Source: Antedon mediterranea (Eukaryota > Animalia > Echinodermata). Taken from it: a stretch of 64,000 bases of DNA. The notes beneath the pieces are model-generated. The model saw nothing but the letters and a program-made list of their open reading frames with translations, ran no database searches and was not told the DNA's origin. Shown one piece after another: positions 55,401-64,000 of the stretch (its first letter is position 1; each line of letters opens with the position of its first letter). The stretch is taken from contig NC_092672.1 of the NCBI RefSeq assembly GCF_964355755.1, positions 12,524,001 through 12,588,000 of the forward strand. Reading direction: 5' to 3'. Both the position numbers and the translations under genes were made by a program.

Positions 55401-58400
55401 GTCTATCGTGTCTTATATTATGCAAACAATTACGTATGGTTTTAGGATATTAATAAAATATATAGATAATATGCCGTTATAAATCAATCTACCGGCCTAC
55501 AGTAGGACTATGATGTACAGTGATAGATAAAGGTGAACACGATTCTCAAAGAGGTAATCTGCACTGATTTACTAAACGGCATATGAATGCGAGACACTGA
55601 GTTGCACTTACTTAATTTTTTACATTAAATGATTATTATAAATGAAGAAATAAAAGATATTCAAATTAAAATCTATAGTATCGCCGACGTATTTTATACG
55701 TAAATTATATATAAATCATACTGTCAAATTATAGAAACAGTACTTTATTCGGAATTATTATGGATATAGCAAGCCTGTGAGCTACAGCGACTTTAATTGC
55801 TTTTGCTTATCCTTGCCTCCTTAGATTTCCACGTGTCTTGATTTTGTTACATATGTTTTAAATGTATTTCGATTTTAAAGGCTAAATAAAGAATGAATGA
55901 ATGAATGAACATAATCTCATAATCGCGTCGAGCATCTATAGCTCATTGAATCGTTTCACAAAAACACGTGCAGGAGGCCTATAGACGTTTCAAACGTATG
56001 GTTATTAGTAATAGACGTCATCTTTATCTCGCCATGGACAACGATCGTACGTGTTTTGTCCATGAGTTGACACACTAACAAGTGCGTGTTTTTTAAAAAG
56101 GGGAAACCCCGTCAGCAAAATAACGTATTGTTAGAGGAAACAGCTTCACGATCGTAGAAGGCGCATCTCCGTCGATATGGCTTATTCGGGGGTTTATTTC
56201 AGTAACTCGCTTTTTAACCATCCGCATATAATGATCATTTTACTAAAAACTATTTTAAACATTAGAAATAAAAATATACACGTGATTTGCCTCAACAATA
56301 ATCATTATATACTTAATATTATCCTACATAACGGATAGAAATAAAATAAGGTGATCGAATAGTATGTTGTTAACGACATGGATGATATAATCTGCCACAT
56401 ATTATTATGCATAAGTATAAAAATGGATACGCTGGCTTTACGGGCTATATTGTAAAAATTATTGTTTTTAAATAAATTGTTCTCTTTTACGTAATTGTTT
56501 GCATAATAAAAGACACGACAGACGTATATTCTCTATATAATATATTAATTACAGTACATATAAATAGAGGTATTTTATTTTTATTTCTTTATTCTGATAT
56601 AAAATCAATAGGATAAAAACACAAAAAAGTACCGAGACGGCAAACTTATTTCCATTGTGGTCCTAAATTTCCATTGTGGTCCTAGGTAAATTATTATATG
56701 CCTAATATAACATTATGCCTAATACATATAATACATATAATACATATAATATTTTTAAGGACTGTGTGTTTTCAAAATTAAAATTTTGAAAACACACAGT
56801 CCTTCTCCAAGACCTGTGAAATACAAAAAAAAAATTAATTTAATGATTGATAATAAATATTTATTAACCAAGTAAAAAATATCCACATAAATAATCTAGT
56901 TCCTAAAAAATATCAATTAACTATATAAACGAAAAATGTATATCCCGCTCTAGCATGCATCCCGCTCGATCCATTCAAAATAACGCGACCGATTTAAAAC
57001 GCGACCGATTTAAAAAAAACGCGACCGATATCATCAAAGGTACAGCTCTAGCGGCGCGCCATACAAAATACCGGAAGTTGATTTTATCGCGACCGATTTC
57101 ATCTAACACCAATTATTTACATTAAATGATTAGGCCCCTATTAGGCCTATTATACATGAAGAAATAAAAGATTTTTCAAATTAAAATCTATAGTATCGCC
57201 GACGTATATATACGTAGATTATATATAAATCCTACTGTCAAATTATAGAAACAGTGCTCATATTCGGAGCCTAAGGCTAGGCTAGGCCTAGTAGCCTGTA
57301 AGCTAGGCCTAGGCTAGGGGCTAGGCTAAAATGCTCGTTTAACTAGTATCAATCAAAATAACAAATAAACAAGTAACAAAATCTGTCTCACCACATTGGC
57401 CAGTGTCATACAAAATTCTTGGAAGAGAGATGAGGATCTCAAAATCACAATAAATGCGTTAAAATTGAATCAAACAACAATAATAACAAACTACTATTTT
57501 ATCAAAAACTGAGATTTAAATGCATGATGCTTGAGTTGAGAGCAAGCAAAACCGTCAACAACAACAATGTATTTCGTATCTTTCTTGCCGCAAAGATCTT
57601 ATTACTAAAGATAGGACACTCTCGGAATTTTACGTGCAATTTATGTAACACACATGGAGCTCATTTTATAGGGCGCCCTCTCGCTCAAACAAGTAGATTT
57701 ATGGATCAGATATGTCTACTGTATTGTAACTGAATACTCAATTTTTTTCATCACAATAATTGCGGTAATGTGCGATTAAATTATAATAAATTATTTCCTG
57801 TAATTTGTATATCTCTATTTGTTTTAATTACTGAATAATGTTGTTATTATTGAATGTTTATCATCATCCTCAAAATCATCATCTAGGAGTAATCATCACT
57901 CACATCACTACTACTTATTTATGCGAGTCGGTCCCTCTGGTATTAACAACACTAAGCGCATCGTATTCCGTTTTTGTTCTTGATATGTTCTTCCTTTTCA
58001 TCCAGCAGCAAAACAGTACAGATTAGGAAAATATAGTAGTCAAATAGTGTGTTATAAACAATTAAAAAAGAACAAGAAGTCACTTTTTGAAAATCACTAC
58101 TTCGACTATTATTTTTATTGCAGTAATTTTTAGGAATATATTATAAACAATCATAGGCTTAAGCCTACAGTCATGACATGAAACAGATTATGATAGTCAA
58201 TTCTGAGACAATTCATACTAGGACTACTGCATTATGTACCCATCATTCGCCATGACATTTATTTGTTATTATAATTTATTTAAAACCTGAGATAGCAATT
58301 AGTTATGTTATAGTAGTCTCAGTTTAAAATTAACTCAATAACTATTGCAAAATGATGCACGGGCCACCCAGAGGAAATATAAAAAATGTAGAAACATTGA

Positions 58401-60805
58401 AATAAAATCATCATATTTACAATTATTCAATCATCATACCAGACCGTCGTAATGATCATCATTTCTAGCCGATAATGCACAGACCGAGGCGCGTACAGAC
58501 CTCCTACAACTTTATGGCATACCTCATAAATGTGATACTTTAATTAATTTTTCACTCTTCTTCTTATCACTGATTATGTCTCTGTTGAAGAATTTAACAG
58601 CATAGAATATGCGTAGGTTTACGTACGTTTCAATTAGCAATGTTTCAATTGCTGGTGAACAAACATTCAACTTCATAAAATGTGTTAGGAACTAGCTGCT
58701 TTGGGTCTTCCAGTTTTCGATTGGTTTCTCGCATCGCACTGTTACAGATATCGCAATTGTGCTTTACACTTGCTTTCTTGACGACGTAACCGGCTACATA
58801 TACTAAAGTATTTAGCTGAGTCATCTCAAAGTCTTCTAAGCAGCAGTCGTCGTCAGTGGTGGCATCGTTGTCTTCTTGATCGGCAACATGATGCGATTAT
58901 GAGGTAATTTCCCGGTTGATCGTAATCAAAACGGTACTGGATTTGGTCTACTAGCGTTCCTGCTCCCAACCAGTACATCCATTCATAGAAGTCTTAATGA
59001 AGTAAGCCTACCTGGTGGTGGCCATAGAACGGTCCCGAGATAACGACTATACTTCGGCTTTAGTCGATAGAAGATTGAATAAATTGTTAGAGATAGAGTA
59101 TACGATATTATGATTATGTGTAGATATGTGATTTGTTCTTTTTATTCAAATGATGTTATGTATTTAATAAATTTGTTATATCAATTAATTAAATTAGCGA
59201 AGATTGCATATTATGCGATGAATATTATTTAATAAATGTTTGATATATTATTATTATTATATTAATAAAAAAAAAACAAGGTCTAACCTAAACAACCTAA
59301 AACCACTAACTAACTAACGGTTGAATTTTATAAGATTCAATTAAAAATTGTTTGTTAGGGCTACTCAACGGATAAGTAATATACTGTAATGTATGTAACG
59401 GCTAGTTAATTAATTAAACGAAATAAAATAACCATGAGACAGAAAGCAAATATTAACCATGAGACAGAAAGCATGAAATAATCAAGATCACAATTTGTTT
59501 ATACTGTATTAAGTATTATTATTATTATTATTTGTATAATATAAAAAGAGGGACTAGGCCTCCTACAGCGACATGCCAATTGGGCTTCTTGTAGTCGTTC
59601 GACCAAATTTTTACTTATATGCCAACAATTGTAATGATATATATTTGGTCAATAAATGTTTCTTGAATTGAAAGTAGTAAAAATTGTTTGTTAAGGGTAC
59701 TAAATGTTAAAAGATAAGTAATATATAACCAGGGAACAGTGAAATTAGTGTAATTTCACTGTTATATTCATTCATTATATCTCAGATGCTAGTGAAGTAC
59801 GGTAGTATCTACTATTAGCTAACCCCAAAGTTACCCCAGCTAAAAAAAACAAGGTATCAAGTGTATGTAGCTAACCGGGTACAACAAATCAACGATGCAA
59901 CTTCCATAGAAAACATCTTCTAATCCGAGTGATATAGTCAGTAGAGCCGTGCGTGCTAACAGTAAGCAATTGAGTTCAGATACCGGATGGGTGAGTTGTT
60001 CTACACTTCTTCACCAGGTAGTTCTTACCGTACCAAACAAAGGCGGTTGGCCGAAATCGATGAGGAATCGCGTATAAGGTTGTTGCTTCAGAACTAAAAT
60101 ATATTCGCTCATTCCACACTAATGTTGACAAAGTTGTTTCAGAATGGTTTTATAACAGACAGATAAAATGAACTATAAATCACATTAAATGTATTGAATG
60201 TTCATTCCTCTTAAAAGAGCCAACACGTAGTAAGGCATATTTTTTAGATATGCCTATCAATGGATGGTAAACTTAACAGTGATATAAGACAACAAAACAG
60301 ATGCAATAATTTAATATGAACAGATTTGTGTAAATATTGCAAGGAGCAATGTAACGGCACTATGTGTAACTGAGTTAAGGATTATGTAAATGTTGTTGAA
60401 GATATGCTCATCGGGAATAATTTGCATAAAATACCATGTTAGCCTACGTATATTAGAAATCTCACTCGATAGTGTAGGGTAGTCAGTTGAGACGATGCTA
60501 TCGTCAGCTGCACGATTTTTAATATATTTTAAATTGTATTTTTGCTTTGATAATAACTATATATTGTTTCCCAATGAAAACACATTTAAACGAATCTACG
60601 GTTTGCTTATAACGGGAGATAATGTAAATTAACTTGTAGTGTTAACTAATACGAATGATTACGTTAATGATTTTTAAATCATTGTATAAGAGTAATTTAC
60701 ATTGTTTGTTGCCGTGATTGATGCTCCATGAGCTATAAGACTGTTCACTATCTCTACATTACCACGGCCAAACTGAACGTGTTCATGTAGCGGTGTGTTT
60801 CCATC
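24895..60805 (-). CDS. Spliced ROCO-family gene: ankyrin repeats - Roc GTPase - COR - tandem DED-like domains (5' end not located; inclusion of the 60701-60805 exon uncertain)
   Basis: Exons 5'->3': 60701-60805, 42973-43077, 42420-42524, 41727-41831, 36893-36997, 36337-36441, 35134-35235, 32902-32986, 32502-32658, 31696-31799, 31135-31305, 30811-30957, 30233-30301, 29683-29891, 29227-29316, 28915-29109, 28405-28650, 27564-27758, 27239-27400, 26827-27129, 26194-26274, 25891-26098, 25627-25662, 24895-25424. All have AG/GT boundaries and phases that join into one open frame ending at TAG 24895. Motifs: GxTPLH ankyrins, P-loop GKEGAGKTS, STDGI, WDYAGQ, LVATHMD. Confidence 0.85.
25891..28650 (-). 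CDS. COR domain and C-terminal Cys/His-rich segment exons
   Basis: VPLKWVDLQ, AIAYLNDIGVIMY, LRNTVITN, GILEEKLLRHLW, MKTFGLL, FLVPC and LPDSVYNTLV are typical COR-region motifs following Roc. Followed by CIAC...H...C...C. Confidence 0.8.
28405..32658 (-). CDS. Roc (Ras-of-complex) GTPase exons with a long Ser/acidic insert
   Basis: G1 MFLGKEGAGKTS (32502-32658), G2 STDGI (31696-31799), G3 IWDYAGQLDYYITHRFFL (29683-29891 plus 29227-29316), G4 PPICLVATHMD (28915-29109). Confidence 0.88.
33034..33993 (+). mobile_element. Non-autonomous Helitron, family A copy 3 (internally deleted), in a ROCO intron
   Basis: a|TCtatatatacatttacg start, homologous body, CTAG|t at 33990-33993. Lies only ~46 bp from the acceptor of exon 32902-32986. 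Confidence 0.8.
33764..33921 (+). mobile_element. Helentron-associated (DINE/HINE-like) mini-element nested in a Helitron
   Basis: ttttagtcgcgtggacgcgact hairpin, (gtcg/gtct)n microsatellite, ends cttgtt, inserted at TT. Absent from the other family A copies. Confidence 0.65.
34358..34902 (-). mobile_element. Short non-autonomous Helitron-like element
   Basis: On the minus strand: a|TCtaaatattaat start, GC-rich imperfect hairpin ccacgcggagcacggg, then CTAG|t. Confidence 0.55.
35134..35235 (-). CDS. Last ankyrin-repeat exon: EGNTPLHGHVRFGGNLEIVNSLIAHGASLKARNK
   Basis: 102 bp (one codon shorter), phase 0-0, more divergent flanks. Splices to the capping exon 32902-32986 (RGQTPASALKD...). Confidence 0.88.
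36061..36100 (-). pseudogene. Collapsed ankyrin cassette: donor site and last 10 nt of the exon retained, exon body deleted
   Basis: agagtaatttac|attgtttgtt matches the other cassettes, then jumps almost directly to the cassette intron motif atacagacgggtaagcactgaacacatttt. Confidence 0.7.
36337..36441 (-). CDS. Ankyrin-repeat exon: LGSTPLHKHVTFADGNVEILNSIIAHGASVTATDN
   Basis: 105 bp, phase 0-0, acceptor ttctttccatcag|, donor |gtaaat, 556 bp from the previous exon. Confidence 0.88.
36893..36997 (-). CDS. Ankyrin-repeat exon: RGNTPLHGHVECGRGNVEIVNSFIAHGASISATNN
   Basis: 105 bp, phase 0-0, canonical splice sites. Confidence 0.9.
37103..41289 (+). mobile_element. L2-clade LINE ORF2 (APE endonuclease + RT), disrupted, antisense within an ankyrin-cassette intron
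   Basis: APE motifs LNARSL, VSETWL, GGGVG, IYRPP, GDFN, SDH. RT motifs NYRPISNL, LDLSAAFDTVDH, VPQGSVLGP, YADDTQ. L2-type C-terminus HWLPV...GDRAFSVTAPRLWNALP. (TTA)n tail at 41274-41289. Frameshifts near 37950 and 40050. Confidence 0.92.
38033..38851. mobile_element. PIF/Harbinger-like MITE inserted in the LINE
   Basis: TIR agcccctttctcacaga / tctgtgagaaaggggct, TAA TSD. Removal restores the LINE frame ...DIKACVS|NITDLSV... Confidence 0.88.
41727..41831 (-). CDS. Ankyrin-repeat exon: DGNTPLHQHVYFGYGEVEIVNSLIAHRASVTATNN
   Basis: 105 bp, phase 0-0, canonical splice sites. Confidence 0.9.
42420..42524 (-). CDS. Ankyrin-repeat exon: EGNTPLHKHVTLGDGIVEIVNSLIAHGASIKATNN
   Basis: 105 bp, phase 0-0, canonical splice sites, 553 bp from the previous exon. 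Confidence 0.9.
42973..43077 (-). CDS. Ankyrin-repeat exon: DGNTPLHRHVTLGDGNVEIVNSLIAHGASITATNN
   Basis: 105 bp, phase 0-0, canonical splice sites, ankyrin consensus GxTPLH...G..EIV..LI.HGA. Confidence 0.9.
43870..44858. mobile_element. Foldback/Mutator-like MITE with ~340-bp TIRs containing (ccgaaaacaa)n
   Basis: Termini cggtcagtctaattaccg / cggtaattagactgaccc, imperfect 9-bp TSD gatttaaat/gaattaaat. Empty site gagatttaaatgcatg at ~57511. Confidence 0.8.
46521..48724. mobile_element. Unclassified element with a large subterminal hairpin, carrying a nested Helitron
   Basis: Absent from the paralog at ~3470-3485. 46-bp-arm hairpin at 46555-46667. Boundaries approximate. Confidence 0.55.
47438..48720 (+). 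mobile_element. Non-autonomous Helitron, family A copy 4 (terminal hairpin missing)
   Basis: a|TCtatatataaatttacgtaaggg start, homologous through gggcacgacct. Confidence 0.85.
49862..51972 (-). mobile_element. Sola2-like DNA transposon deletion derivative
   Basis: TIR gggcaattccatg / catggaattgccc, 4-bp TSD ttct, repeated tgtcactcgcattac motifs. Basic coding remnant 50528-50737 (ANRKRVAKFRAKK...SPFRSAIAFAKATTRAKRRL) resembles Sola2 transposase N-termini as I recall them. Confidence 0.7.
53121..54240 (+). mobile_element. Non-autonomous Helitron, family A copy 5 (3' truncated)
   Basis: a|TCtatatataaatttacg start. Empty A|T site at ~10523. Homology stops ~250 bp short of the 3' end. Confidence 0.82.
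54937..57110. mobile_element. Long-TIR DNA element (Merlin- or Mutator-like)
   Basis: GG...CC termini, 8-bp TSD aattattt (54929-54936, 57111-57118), inverted arms ~54937-55436 and ~56487-57110 with aaatcggtcgcg repeats. Confidence 0.75.
57591..59000 (-). mobile_element. P-element relic with transposase C-terminal fragments
   Basis: Minus-strand NTLVYVAGYVVKKASVKHNCDICNS (~58735-58815) and ETYVNLRIFYAVKFFNRDIISDKKKSEKLIKVSHL* (stop 58524) match P-transposase C-terminal patterns. Terminus caaagat at 57591 resembles the 20391 MITE. Other end not found. Confidence 0.7.
60701..60805 (-). CDS. Ankyrin-repeat exon (distal cassette): DGNTPLHEHVQFGRGNVEIVNSLIAHGASITATNN
   Basis: 105 bp, phase 0-0, ctttcttctttccag| acceptor and |gtaaattac donor. 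Flanking cassette intron is homologous to the other units. Confidence 0.8.
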
Positions 60806-60910
60806 CTGGAAAGAAGAAAGTTAGTATTATTATATTTCATATTTATCCTTTTCTACATTAATTTTCTAATTCATTAAGAGTGAATGTAAATTATATAGAA
60901 ATACCTGGTA

Positions 60911-62236
60911 TCTATATATAAATTATGGTTAATTCTGACATAGGCGAGCACAATGCAAAAACTTCGGTACAAATCTCCGCCTTGGATACCTACCTTATCT
61001 ATCCGAGATGTACCGCGAAACGTAGATTTGATAACATTAGTGTGCACGCCGACGCTATTGTTCCATATTTATATCTTAGGAAGATATTATAAAGAGTTTT
61101 TTAACAACATTTATGATTTCAACATTGGATTTTCCTCTCAATTTCAATTCTTCCCGGTCAAAGTAATTTCCGGGTTTAAGATAAGTTCACCTTAGTTTCA
61201 AATATTTTCTCTCTTTTATACACAAGGGAGCAGTTAAAATAATAGATTTGACCCTAAAGGTGACTGGAAACAGGCACTTTCCATCAATCAAAACAGTGTC
61301 CCTTTGGAAGATGAAAAAAAAATTGGCCATTAATCATAGCCATTTCAGTTTTTTGTTTATTTTAAAACATACCACACGTGTGTGAAGGTACAGTAGTTAA
61401 ATAATAGGAAATATACGGCAAATTAATAAAGATCAAATTAAATATACGCCATAAAGAATCAGAATATATTGTGGGGAATAGTATTATAAAATTACATAGG
61501 GAGATTTGATAAGACATTTTTCGAGTGAAATCCCGATAGCTGAGTTTTATTGAGTAAGTTTGCAGGAATAACTGTAGGCTATCTTCCTGTGTCCCGTTAG
61601 GACCGAGATGTCTGCCCATGTTGCAAGCCGTAATGTCTTCTTTCTTGGGCCCACTCTGTCACGGCAGTTAGTTTCAAAAGATGATTAAATTAAATAATGT
61701 ATTAATAATTATTAGGATGGTATTCATTTGAATAAACGCCTCTCCAATAAAACATCACTTTGAATAATAACCCCTCCCCCCCCCCCCACAACCCAACTAT
61801 CTAATAAACGTCCATCCACATATTTATAATAACACAATTATACTATTTGTAGTAGAATTCACCGCACTGTTATCTGCAATTTACCAAGCATTTGTTATTC
61901 TTTTTTACCACTTTTCATATCTATGAGAGGATTTCATTTGATTATAAATGTTACCATATTATTAGAACTAAAAAATTTAACATATATCCCCCGAATAAGC
62001 ACCTCCCTCAAATGACCTCCGCCTCCCCAAAGGGCCCTACCAAACAATAAAAACTATACTTTAAAATGTTATTAATCATCTAAAACACTGTGAAACAAAG
62101 TAGTTTAGTTTTACGAATGTCAAGCATTTTCAATAATGGTAACCGACAGAAAATGTATAAGGAGAACATTATCATTCCGAGAACCATCGTCTACACTTCC
62201 TAGAGGGGGAGCGAGCGAAGCGAGCTCACCCTCTAG
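60911..62236 (+). mobile_element. Non-autonomous Helitron, family B, inserted in an ankyrin-cassette intron
   Basis: cctggta|TCtatatata ... ctagagggggagcgagcgaagcgagctcaccctCTAG|ttaagaaaataat. Empty site cctggtattaagaaaataat at 42656-42675. Confidence 0.88.
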
Positions 62237-63129
62237 TTAAGAAAATAATGACTAACTGATTTCAATTAAGACATTCAGAGGATTTAGCAATGAACATCAT
62301 TTTGAAAGTATTGATGTTAGCGTCTTGTTTAATCTAAAATTCGACAGCTGTATACATGATATTTAAATATCGTAAATTATATGGTGATGGTTAATAACTA
62401 TAAATAATATAATTTATTAAATTATTAAACATATTCCTACGCCTAGACATTTCGTTTAGATTCAATTAAACTTTCATGAATACTGAATTTGTAGATCTGT
62501 ATGTATTTACCAAACCGCCTTCAAAACATAATTGCAAATTCCAACAATACACTCTACGGTGAATTCAATAAATATTTTGTTATATTATTAATCTACTATC
62601 CATCCCACCTTCATCCTACAATAAAAAAAAATATTACGTAATTCATTTCTCCCATTTGCTATGAGGCTTTTGAATGCAAGCTATGTGTATGTATCGTGTT
62701 ATATGACATTTGCCTTTTTGTTATATTTGTTGCATTTGTATTTTATCCTATAGGTGACGTACTGTCTGTAGTTTACCATTTTTTTCTACTACGAATAATA
62801 ACGTTAATGATTTAAATAATAGTAAATCTTTGTCAGCGCTACCAAACTGTATCAATAAAGTGTCGTACTGTCTGTATTTTACCAATTTTATCATATCTTT
62901 ACTATATTTATTTAATATGTGACAAGCAGGACAATTTGTTTTACATTTCTCAGAGCTTGTTGGTATTTCATCATAATTACATTTTTCACAAATTAAAATA
63001 TTGTGGTTTAGGGCCTACATAGTTATTATCAAACATTCTCATATACAGTACTTCATTGCCTCTTTGTACTGTATTTCACCTTTCCTAGCTGTGGATGCTT
63101 GCCAACGTCGCATAACATGCTCGTTTAAC

Positions 63130-63165
63130 CATGGATTAAAGAATAGATCTATTCTTTAATCCATG
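63130..63165. mobile_element. 36-bp perfect palindrome with 7-bp TSD, probable P-element excision footprint
   Basis: gtttaac|catggattaaagaatagatctattctttaatccatg|gtttaac. Single gtttaac in the paralog at ~57337. Confidence 0.7.
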
Positions 63166-64000
63166 GTTTAACTAACAAATAAAGAAGTAGCAAAATCTGT
63201 TTCACCACATTTGGCCAGTGTCATAAAAAAACTTCTTGGAAGAGAGATGAGGATCTCAAAATCACAATAAATGCGTAAAAATTGAATCAAACAACAATAA
63301 CAAACTACTATTTATCAACTGTGAGATTTAACAACAACAATGTATCTCGTCTCTTTCCCTCAAGCTTGCCGTTAAATAATTATAGAGGGGGTAGTTTCAA
63401 TAAACCAGACGGCAAACATACAATGTATAGAGTGCGTTTAAAAATATTTTCTGAGTTTAGTAATGAGATCAGTATTTGTAGTAGACATAAGGACAATATA
63501 TTTTAATTTAGATGGATTATTTGTGTTAGAGGAACTTAGTTCTACTATCTGAATAAACTAAAGCGAATTCATCTTCAATTGATTGTAGAGAGCATAATTT
63601 GCATAGTCTATCATTTCTATTAGGCCTAATACGATTCCATCTTCCTCTTTCTAGTTATAATATTCCTAGTCTAAGTTTAGTCACAATGTGTCTATGTTTG
63701 TAATTTTAATTAAGTATTCTTCCATTCAAACATAATTTATATTGAATGCGTGTGAAATATTGGAGCCTATAGAGAGTGTAACCTATTATCTCATAGAATG
63801 TGTAGTTCAATAAGCCTCGCCTTTGTTTACATTTTTAAATAAAAAATATTGTTGACCTGTTGAGCATGCCATGTTGCCAAATCCATTTATACATAATAAG
63901 TTTTACATCATTCACCCAAATCGCTCATTTTGTTGCGCTTTTCTATGTTGAAAATCATAACATTGTTTAATGATTTTTTCATAATCTATTTGGCGCACTC

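Larger units (their letters stand above)
57290..64000 (+). repeat. Further partial paralogs of the same block (57290-57585, 59765-60503, 63097-64000)
   Basis: 57290-57585~43660-43869+44860-44925. 59765-60503~487-990+1592-1620+3231-3430. 63115-64000~43692-43869+44900-45590. Confidence 0.88.

Noticed and set aside
62945-62974. Candidate start exon MMKYQQALRN with phase-0 AAT|gtaaaa donor (minus strand)
   Set aside because: It is phase-compatible with the ankyrin exons but too short and unsupported by homology. Needs 5' RACE.

Overview
AT-rich, intron-rich animal genomic DNA, probably an invertebrate (inference). The main feature is a minus-strand, spliced ROCO-family gene that the ORF track mostly misses. 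I traced 24 exons by hand with GT-AG boundaries and consistent phases. They encode ankyrin repeats - Roc GTPase - COR - tandem death-effector-like domains, about 1,240 aa within the window, with no kinase domain and no start codon located. The N-terminal ankyrin region is built from duplicated ~555-bp cassettes, each one 105-bp phase-0 exon (one ankyrin repeat) plus a closely similar intron. Variation is concentrated at first/second codon positions of the predicted ligand-binding face, with patchwork sharing between exons. One cassette has lost its exon and one lies 17.6 kb away. This suggests a diversifying ankyrin-based immune/cell-death receptor. The gene's 5' flank recurs as paralogous blocks (1-10.5 kb, 43.1-53.1 kb, 57.3-60.5 kb, 63.1-64 kb), implying a tandem gene cluster. 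The rest is a ~90-copy 71-bp satellite, two LINE relics, several Helitrons, and Kolobok-, PIF/Harbinger-, Mutator-, Merlin-, Sola2- and P-like DNA elements, including probable P-element excision footprints. There is also a possible shattered Ig-domain gene. All calls are by eye, with no database searches.
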